Assembly (NCBI RefSeq): GCF_032191835.1
Contig: NC_083242.1
Coordinates: 19,344,001-19,408,000 of the forward strand
Reading direction: 5' to 3'
DNA from: Heteronotia binoei
Taxonomy: Eukaryota
DNA: 64,000 nucleotides
Below, one piece after another: positions 49,559-58,494 of this stretch (positions within the stretch are counted from its first letter, which is position 1; each line of letters begins with the position of its first letter). The notes under the pieces are model-generated. The model made no database searches. It saw only the letters and a program-made list of their open reading frames with translations, and was not told the DNA's origin. The translations under genes and the position numbers were made by a program.

Positions 49559-50385
49559 CACGGGTGTCGAACTCGTTTGCTATGAGGGCTGGATCTCACA
49601 TAAATGAGACCTTGTTGGGCCGGGCCATGTGTGTCATAAAATATAATGCCAGGTAGCAGAGATATAAACTTTGTAAAGGATACAGACAAAAACCTTAAAA
49701 TAAAACATGCTTAAAACATTAGCACTCTTGCAATATTTTGTTTATTTAACAGTTTCTGATAACTGACACCTCTTGCTATGAATTATTGCATCAAAATCTG
49801 GTGACAATGTATGTGCTATAGCAATCTTGAATATGCTGTTCAGGCAGGGCTTTTTTTGAACAGGAACGTACAGGAACAAAGTTCTGGCTGGCTTGGTGGC
49901 AGGGGGCGTGGCCTGATAGGCAAATGAGCTACTGGGCCTTCTCTACAAAAAAGCCCTATGCAGAACAATGGTGACATCAGGGGGTGTAGCCTAATATGCA
50001 AATGAGTTTCTTCTGGGCTTTTCCTACAGAAATAGCCCTGTGTTCAGGTATGTATCTGCAAGTTGCAAGCCTACTTTTGATTTACTGACATTCATTGCAG
50101 AAATCTCATGGCCAGTGCTTTGAGCCTAAGACCCAGAGGAAAACATGAAATGGCTGGGCATTGCGAGCTTTTGTACATAAGTTCCTTCACGTGCTGGTCA
50201 GCCAATGGAAAACATAGAAGCTTTGCTCTGTAGCTCCTTTGTGGTTGAGCAAGCCTGGGAAAGCAAGCTGTGATGCACAAGCAAGCAAGAGAGAAGGAAG
50301 CAGGAGGCAGCCAGTTGCTCAGGGGCCTGATAGAAGCCATCCAGGGGCCTGATTCAGGCCTTGGGCCACACATCTGACACCCCTG
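49559..50385 (+). mobile_element. ~0.8-1.1-kb hAT (Charlie-like) non-autonomous element, representative copy
   Basis: Ends CAxGGGTGTC...GACACCCCTG. Other copies ~10999-11452, 38459-39535, 45514-46156, 46979-48120, 53155-53710; several carry nested SINEs or MITEs. Confidence 0.75.
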
Positions 50386-50754
50386 ACATAGGTTACTTTT
50401 GTGTGTTGAGTTATGAGGTGGGGGTGTCCTTGAAAGACGGTTCAGAAACAGCAACCCACAGTGAAAGGATCACTAGTTTCCTGTTTCTGGCTAAGCACAA
50501 TAAAATCCTCAATGGCTTAGCACCACCATGTCTTCTATCCCATTTCAACAATCATGCATTTATCATGTCACCTGAGAGCAGGTGTGCTCTACCTGGATTA
50601 CCGGTTTTCCATCTAATGTTCTTGGCACAAAACTGTAGACATTTAGGTCTAGGCGAAGGCGTGTGAGGGGCAAGAAGTGTGTACATCCTTTCCCACAGCA
50701 GCCAGAGGAAGAGGCAGCAGGAACTTCAAAGCGGGAGAAGTTTTCACTTGTTTT

Positions 50755-51625
50755 AGTTTTTAAACAATTTTATTGATAACATAAGGTAATAATTTCCATT
50801 AATAACTTCTTTTCATCTATCCCATATGCTTCTTTCTAATCACCTTTTCCCCCGTTACTTGACCCCCGCCAGTGTTATTTACTCAAAATACTAACATTAA
50901 AAGGTACCCTTAATTCCTAAGAACTAAAATTAATATTCTTCTTTCTTCTAAAGTTTAATCATTATCAAAAATTGTTCAATGTCCTTTTATTTTCCACTCG
51001 TCTTCTACATAACTTCTAAATTTTTTCCATTCCCTTTTAAAATCTTCTAAATCATAATCTCTTAAAGTTCTTGTTAATTTGTCCATCTCACTCCATGTAA
51101 TAACTTTTACAATCCAATCCCATTTTTCTGGTATTTTTTCTTGCTTCCATAACTGTGCATATAGTGTCCTAGCAGCTGAAAGCAAGTACCAAATTATAGT
51201 TCTATCTTCTTTTGGAAATTTTTCCATTTGTAATCCCAACAGAAAAGTCTCTGCAGCTTTCTTGAATTCATATCCCAAGATCCTAGAAATTTCTTGTTGG
51301 ATCATCTGCCAATACTTTTTTGCTCTTTCACAAGTCCACCACATATGGTAGAAAGAAGCTTCATGTTTTTTACATTTCCAACATCTGTCTGGCATCTTGT
51401 TATTCTTCTTTGCCAATTTTTAGGAGTCATATACCATCTATACATCATTTTAAAACAGTTCTCTTTAATACTCTGACATGTTGAAAGTTTCATAGAGTTC
51501 TTCCATAAATATTCCCATGTATCCATCTGTATTTCTTTATTTATATTTATTGCCCTTTTAATTATTTGATATTTCACTACTTCATCTTCTGTAGACAAGA
51601 AGTTTTTACTTGTCAACTGAGGCAA
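50755..51625 (-). mobile_element. 5'-truncated L1/Tx1-like LINE, ORF2 C-terminal zinc-finger region
   Basis: Frameshifted peptides ...CFKMMYRWYMTP and RCWKCKKHEASFYHMWWTC (CCHC), followed by AATAAA and an A-rich tail near 50760. Confidence 0.8.
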
Positions 51626-54600
51626 CGCAAATAGCAGCGGGGCCCAAGGTGATAATTAAAGCGATTTCCAAAGCATGTGTGAAAATGTCTGTCTGTTGTG
51701 AGGGATGAGACGGATAGTTTTAGAGCTTTATATGGACATACTGGAGGGGGGGGGAAGAGTCTACAGGATAACATTGTCATTATTTATGACGTGCAGCCCT
51801 GGCTGGAAGGCACAAGATACGTCCATGCGGAACCTGAAGACATAAAGCTGCCGTACAGCAAGGCAGACCGTTGGATCTCTCCTGAAATTAGTATTATCTG
51901 CTCTGACTCTCAGTGGCTGCCCAGGGGTTTAGACAGAGGAGGATTTTTTTCTCAGCACTTGCCAACTGAGATACTCTGATGTCAAGATCTACAGGGCTTT
52001 TTTTCTTTTATGTGTTGCAGGAACTCCTTTACATATTAGGCCACACACCCCAATGTGGCCAGTCCTCCAAGAGCTTACAGGGCTTTTATTGCAGGGCCTA
52101 CTGTAAGCCCTTGGAATATTGGCTGCATCGGGGTGTGTGGCCTAATATGCAAAGGAGTTCCTGAGACAAAAAAAAAAGCCCTGGTATCCCACAAAGGTAC
52201 TCTGCTGGTCCACTCGTTGCAAGGGTCGTGGTGACTAGAGGGGCAGCCTCAAGAGATGTTGAGTGTGCGCAAAGCCCGGGGAGTTCTCAGGCAGGTAACA
52301 GACCTCTGTCCAAAGACAGAAACACACCGTTTGGAAAACTGTTAGCCTGTGAAGAACGGAACCAAAGCTTAAACTGCTGTCCAGCTGATGAAATTTTAGT
52401 TGATTACCTGATGAGTTAAATTATTAATCAATTCAGTAAAACCAAGGCTTTTTGGGTAGAAAAAGCCCAGCAGAGACTCATTTGCCTATTAGGCCACACC
52501 TCCTGACATCACCATTGTTCCACAGTGCTTTTTTTGTAGAAAAAGGCCAGCAGGAATTCATTTGCATATTAGGCCACATCCTTGACATCACCGTTGTGTT
52601 TTGTAGAAACACAGCAGGAACTCATTTGCATTTCGGGCCACACCCCTGACACCAAGCCAGCCGGAACTGCGTTCCTGTGGGTTCCTCCTCAAAAAAAGCC
52701 CTGAGTAAAACTGCACATGAATACACACTTGCTCTGAAGAGGAACACTTTCTGTTGCCAGGTCCCACGCACAGAATCACAGAGTTGGAAGGGACCTCCAG
52801 GGCCATCTAGTCCTACCCCATCACAACAGAAGAGGCATCACTGTAGAAGAGACTTCCTCCCGTGAGGGGCAGGAGAAAGCTTCTCAAAAGGTGTTTGCGA
52901 TCCGTAACCTGACAGAACTTCTGTATGTATGTAAAGCACTGTCAAGCCCCAGCTGACGAGGTACCCTGACAGAGTTTTCAAGGCAAGAGACTATGGAGGT
53001 GGTTTGCCATTTGCCTGTATCTGCCCAGCAATCCTGGTCTTTCTTGGTGGTCTCCCATCCAAATACTAGCCAGGACCGACCCTGCTTAGCTTCTGAGATC
53101 TGACAAGATCAGGCTAGCGTGGGCTGTCCAGGCCAGGGCCTAAAATACTTAATCAGGGTTGTCGAATTCATTTGTTATGAGGGCCGGATCTTCATCTTGT
53201 TGGGATGGGCCATGTGTGTCATAAAATGTAATGCCAGGCAAGGGAGATATAAACGTTATAAAGAATACAGACATACACACTCAGCCTAATCTACCTCACT
53301 GGTTTGTTGAGCCTCAACAAAAGAAAGAGAAGCTTAGCTTAGTAGCTCTGCGATTGAGAGAGCCTGGCAAAGGTAGCTCTCCTTCCCACACTTTCTCCTC
53401 AAGGGAGGAACTTTGCTCTGTAGCTCCTGTGCAATTGAGCAAGCCTGTCAAAGCAAGTTCTGATGCAGAAGGAAGCAAGAGAGGAAGAAGGAAGTCAAGC
53501 GGGGGAGGAATAGTTTGCTTTGCCAACTATTTTCTCCATTGGCTGAGGCTCCTCCCTTGGGAAGGAAGGGGGGAGGAATAGTTTCACTTCTCAGCCTTTT
53601 GGCTAAGATCAAGTGTAGTTTGCTTTCCCAGGCTCTCTCAACACACAGCAGAGATGCTGAGTCAAGCCTCTCTTCCTTCTATCGGCTAAGGCTCCTCCCC
53701 CTTCTGGAACTCTCAAAACAGGAATTGAAGGAGAAACACATGGGTGCCCCTCATGAACCTTTAATAAACATTTTTAGTGAATTTTGTTTCTACAAGGAGG
53801 TTCCAGAACCGCATTCTGCTGCATTCTCCATTGTTGGTCCTTGGGTGGTACCAACAATGAGATGTTGCATACTAGGGTTGCCAGCTCTGGTGGGGAATTC
53901 CTGGAGATTTTGGGGGTGGCGCCTGGGAATGGTGGGGTTTGAGGGAGAAGAGGGGTCTCAGCCATAGAGTCCACCCTCCAAAGCATCCATTTTCTCCAGG
54001 GGACTTGATTTCTGTAGTCTGGAAATCAGCTATAATTATAGGATATCTCCAGGTCCCACCCTATTGTTCTGGCATGTTGTAACCCTATTCTTGGGAGGGG
54101 GCTTCTATTGACTGTTCAATCCATTAATTGCAAGGCCGCTGCTTTTTTCCCCAAGCCCTACTACATATTTGGTGAGGGCATTGGTGAGGAACCTGATTCA
54201 CTGCCGGCTTTTATATTCTCATCAAGACAGTTGTCTTTTTTTGCTCCTTTTCCCAGACCAGTTTTCTTGTGTCTTTGAAATCTGTTTTGTGCCTGACGCA
54301 ATCTAATTATACCTGCACAGTCTTCATCTGCAGGCTTCAGGCTTTCCTCTGAATCATTTGATCCATTCCTCTTCAGGTTTTTGGGGAATCTGAGAACATG
54401 TTCAGTGCTTTGTGACATGTTGGCCTATCCTAATAATAAAAAGTGTCACACTGCTGTGGCGCCTAGGCTATGGTTGCATTTGTTAACTGCATATTATGAG
54501 GGACTAGTTAACCCAGACGTCCAGGATAAGAAATTTGCACGTACTTAAAGGTGCTCTGATTCCCCGCTCCCCACAGAATTTGAGTGTCAGACAGAAGCAG

Positions 54601-54731
54601 ACTGGAAATGAAAGTGGGGCTATGCCAAGCTGAGAGGCTGTGGGGCCAAACTTGCTTAACATAAAAGGCACACAAAATAGAAGCCAGATGTTTGAGAACT
54701 GCAAGACATGAATGTCAGATGTTTAAGAACA

Positions 54732-54797
54732 GGAAGGAAGGAAGGAAGGAAGGAAGGAAGGAAGGAAGGAAGGAAGGAAGGAAGGAAGGAAGGAAGG
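54732..54797 (+). repeat. (GGAA)n microsatellite expanded inside a hAT element
   Basis: About 16 uninterrupted GGAA units. Confidence 0.95.
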
Positions 54798-55829
54798 AAG
54801 GAAGGAAGGAAGGAAGGACAAATAGATGGAGAGGGAGAGAAGAGAAAGGCAGAAAGAAAGCAACTTTAACTTTAAATGCATTCTTCAAGTCCTCAGGTGA
54901 TTTGACTTGGAGAAGTGATTTAAAGAGAGAAATGCCTTCTCCAAGCCAGCCAACTACATATTTGAGAAATCCTGAAGGGATGCTTCAGGGCAGGGGTGGC
55001 CAAACAGGACAATTGATATATCTGGCACCCAGTAGCCTCTGGCTAAGTTGCTACTCAGGCACTGGCCCACCAATAAATTTCCCTGGGTGTCAAATGCCCA
55101 ATGCCACCCCCCTTGTTTGTGACGTGAAACCCAGGTCACCCAAAGCCTGAATCAGCAGTTAAGTAGACCCAGGCGGGCAGCTGTGTTGGTCTGAAGCAGG
55201 AGTGGCCACACTTGCTTAACATAAGAGCAACATAGACCAGATGTCAGATGTTTGAAAGTCGCAAGGAAGGAAGGATGGAAGATAGGGGAGGGAGGAGGTA
55301 GAAAGAAAACAACTTTAAATGCATTCTCCAAGCCGTTGGAGAAGCGATTTAAAGAGACAAATGAGTTCTCCAAGCCAGCCAATGGGTTGGCGGAGGTCTC
55401 AAGAGCCACACAATATGTGTGAAAGAACCACATGCCGCTCCTGAGCCACAGTTTGGCCACCCTGGCTTGAAGCAAGTTAGACTCCAGCAGCACCTTTAAG
55501 ACCAACAAAGTTAAATTATGGGGACAGCTTTCGTGTGCAAGCAAACGTCTTTCGATAGAAGTGTTTTAAACAGGAAGATGTTGGTTCTTGGTGGAAAAGA
55601 ACAAACAGGCAAATTAACTAAAACCCATTGCAACTTTTTAATTTAAATGCAGGGGCTTGCTTCCTATGGGGGGAGGGGAAAGAGCTAAAATCAAGTGCAA
55701 TTTTACCCCTGATTGACTGACTTCCTTTCCCACGTTGCTCTCCCCCCTTTCCCTCCCACCCAGTATGGAAAGGCCTCTGAGCCAGTTCCCCAAACGTTCC
55801 TCCCCTCCTTCTCCCATGCCGGGCTCTGG

Positions 55830-57700
55830 CATTTCCTCTGAGCTCACAGAGCGAGGGAGTGGGGCGGGCTCCTGCCTTCCTCCCCCCGCCCTGCTCGGAA
55901 GGGGAAGGAAGAAGCTGGGCTTGAACTTCGAAGTAACTGCCGGGGGTAGGAAGGCGCCTCCGAGGGGGGCCGGGCGAGCCCGCCTTGGGGGCGCAGCTGG
56001 AGGAGCGCGGCGAGGGGGGCGGCGCGCTAGCCTGTCCCGGGCCGGGGTGGGAGGAGAAGCGGGCAGGAAGGTGCCGCCCTCCGTCCAGCAGAAGAATCCC
56101 AAGCAAGGCGGGGAAATCGCACCGGCTTTGGGGAGAGGCCCGAGGAGGGACAGCGGGACAACCAGGAGCGGCTCCAGAAGGAGGCGAAGAGATCCCGGCC
56201 GGCGGCGGGAGGCTGGAAAGTAGGGCCCGGTCTTCCCCCGGCCTCCCTCGCTTTGGCAGAGAATGGGCTGAACAGAGATTTCCCTCCAGCCGTTTTTTGG
56301 CGACGGGACGGAGCGCGAAAACTTGGTGCCGGGCTGCTTCCTCCGATGCGCTCTCGGCACGCTCAGAGACCCGCTGGCCCCCCCGCGGGGCCATAGGCGC
56401 GCTCGCACTAAGACAGTTTGTACGTGGATTTTTTTCCATAGTAAAATTTTCCAATTTTTTCCATAGTAAAATCTAATCGCGAATGGCATTGAAAAGGATT
56501 GTTGAGTGTGCATGAGCGCATTCCATAGGCGCGTTGACACTAAGACTGCTTGTCGGTGGATTTTTCCATTTAACTTAGTAAAATCTAATAGAAAAACTGC
56601 ATGAAAACCGGATTATATCGTGAATGTGTGTGTGAACGCGCTCCATGACCGCCTACCGCCTCAACCTGCGCGTCTTCTGGCCGCTGGTGACCTGCGGCTG
56701 CACGGCGCTGCTGGGCCTCTGGCCGGCGCTGAGGATTAAGGCTGGCGCGGCCTGGGATGGCGCCCCCGCGGCGCTGCTGCGTGGCGCACTGCTGGCGCTG
56801 GTGCTGCTGGCCTGCTTGGCGCTGCGCTGCCGCCCTCCCCGTCGCCGCAGCCCGCCGAGCCCGCAACAGGAGAGCCCCGTGGGGGAGCCCCGGGCCGGGC
56901 AGGAGCCTCGCCGCCGCCGCCGGGCCCTGCTGGAGGACTTCTACGAGCGCCAACTGCGCCTCTCGCCCCACGTGCTGGGCCACAGCAAAGCGCACGTCAG
57001 CCTGGTGGTTGGAGAGCTGGTGCGCGCCGGCAAGGCGGCCGGCCGGCTGGCCCTGCGCGGGGACTTCGTGCAAGTGGGCAGCGCCTACGAGCAACACAAG
57101 GTGCGCAGCCCCGACGCCTTCGACGTGCTGGTGCCCCTGCGCCTGCCGCCCGGCCTGGCTGTGCGGGTGGAGCCGCGCTCGGCTGGCAGGCGGGGGGCCT
57201 TCGTGTGCGCCCTGCAGGTGGCGGCGCCTGGCGGGCTGAGCGAGGCGCTGTGCGTCGAGGAAGAGGGGGGCGGGCGCCACCTGTCTGCCGCCCTGCTGCT
57301 GCGCTGGTTCCAAGGCCACGTGCAGCGCTGCCTGGGCCCCGTGCGCTCCCGCCTGCAAGAGCGCGTCCGGGTCACCCTGGCCGTCGGGCCCGGGCGCCCC
57401 CTGGCTCTGCACGTCGTGCCGCGCTCCGACTACGTCTGCTGCCACCTCTCGCTGACCGTCCGCCTCGTCCCGGCTGTCCCCTTTGGAGAGACCCTCTTCC
57501 TCACCGCCCGGCCTACTTCCCCGGGCAAGCTGCCTGCCTTCTGGACCCTCGACGTGTCCAAGCTGGAGCAGCGCCTGCTCGCCTGGCTCAAGGAGCAGAG
57601 CCCCGCCGACTCCTGCCATCTTCGGGGCCTGCAGATCCTCAAGGGCCTACGCGACCTGGGGGGCCGGGATCTGGAACAACCCCTGGCTTCCCAGTGGGGC
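55830..57700. promoter_or_regulatory. CpG island covering the ITPRIPL2 promoter and most of its ORF
   Basis: Very high GC and CpG density, GC-box-like runs. Confidence 0.85.
56391..56642 (+). repeat. Diverged ~120-132-bp tandem duplication directly upstream of the ITPRIPL2 ATG
   Basis: CCATAGGCGCG..CACTAAGAC at 56391 and 56523; shared GGATTTTTCCAT...AGTAAAATCTAAT. Confidence 0.8.
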
Positions 57701-58057
57701 CGCGTCCTCTCCTCCTATGTCCTCAAGACGGCCATCTTTGTCCTCCTCCTGCGGGGACCCTTGGAGGCCTGGGCCGACCAGTTCTTGGTGGAGAGGCTGG
57801 AGGACTTGATCCTCTTCCTGGCCCAGAGCCTGCGGAGGCGCCTCTTGCGGCACGTCTTCCTGGGCAACCCGGCCCTCCCCGAAGCTGTCAGCCTCCCCAA
57901 GTTTGTCAAGGAAGCGGCTCCAGTCAATCTGCTGGCTGACTTTGAGGGGCCCACCTTAGACAAGGTGGCCGCCCATCTCCTGAATACCTGGCAACATGCG
58001 CCTCAAATCATCAGCATGTACAGCGGCCACAGGTACAGGAGGACTCATCCGGTCTGA
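56645..58057 (+). CDS. ITPRIPL2: Inositol 1,4,5-trisphosphate receptor-interacting protein-like 2 (Mab21-domain membrane protein), intronless, 470 aa
   Basis: N-terminus YRLNLRVFWPLVT; LSPHVLGHSKAHVS, RGDFVQVGSAYEQHKVRSPDAFDVLVPLRLPP, QWGRVLSSYVLKT and EAAPVNLLADF all match ITPRIPL2. Single exon downstream of COQ7, as in human. Confidence 0.96.
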   Translation: MTAYRLNLRVFWPLVTCGCTALLGLWPALRIKAGAAWDGAPAALLRGALLALVLLACLALRCRPPRRRSPPSPQQESPVGEPRAGQEPRRRRRALLEDFYERQLRLSPHVLGHSKAHVSLVVGELVRAGKAAGRLALRGDFVQVGSAYEQHKVRSPDAFDVLVPLRLPPGLAVRVEPRSAGRRGAFVCALQVAAPGGLSEALCVEEEGGGRHLSAALLLRWFQGHVQRCLGPVRSRLQERVRVTLAVGPGRPLALHVVPRSDYVCCHLSLTVRLVPAVPFGETLFLTARPTSPGKLPAFWTLDVSKLEQRLLAWLKEQSPADSCHLRGLQILKGLRDLGGRDLEQPLASQWGRVLSSYVLKTAIFVLLLRGPLEAWADQFLVERLEDLILFLAQSLRRRLLRHVFLGNPALPEAVSLPKFVKEAAPVNLLADFEGPTLDKVAAHLLNTWQHAPQIISMYSGHRYRRTHPV

Positions 58058-58460
58058 AACCGTGGCCTGGACTCTTGGGTACAACTGAATAGAAGCCCGT
58101 AGCTTTATTTGAAAGAATAATGTTCATATATAGAAGAGCTCTCACATTCACATAGTTGACCTTCTGTGGGTTTGTTGTACCTGTTCTAATCTGTTCTTAA
58201 TCCTACATAGTTTACATATCAGAAGAGTAGTTTCAAAAATATACTCTTTAGAAGATGAATGCACTTCTTTGGAGCAAGGATTACATGGGAAGAGGCAATC
58301 TTTGTTCTCCCACCCAGGAGGAAATGCTTCTTCCCAGGTGTGATTTGTCATGTGTTGCTTTTGCACTGTTTCCATCCATTTGTGTAAAAGTCAAGAATAG
58401 TTCCAAAGGAAGAAAGAGACATTTGTTTTGCAACTGCAGTAAGCGCAAGAGGCACGCCTT

Positions 58461-58494
<34 letters not shown>

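Noticed and set aside
51698-51979. 93-aa plus-strand ORF in a CpG-retaining island
   Set aside because: No recognisable homology; several frames on both strands look equally protein-like, so no call is supportable.
55618-56540. 278- and 300-aa minus-strand ORFs in the CpG island
   Set aside because: Stop-poor GC-rich promoter DNA giving Pro/Arg/Gly-rich translations.
56585-57963. Long overlapping ORFs (344 aa minus; 244 and 160 aa plus) over ITPRIPL2
   Set aside because: Shadow frames of a very GC-rich coding region; low-complexity products with no motifs.
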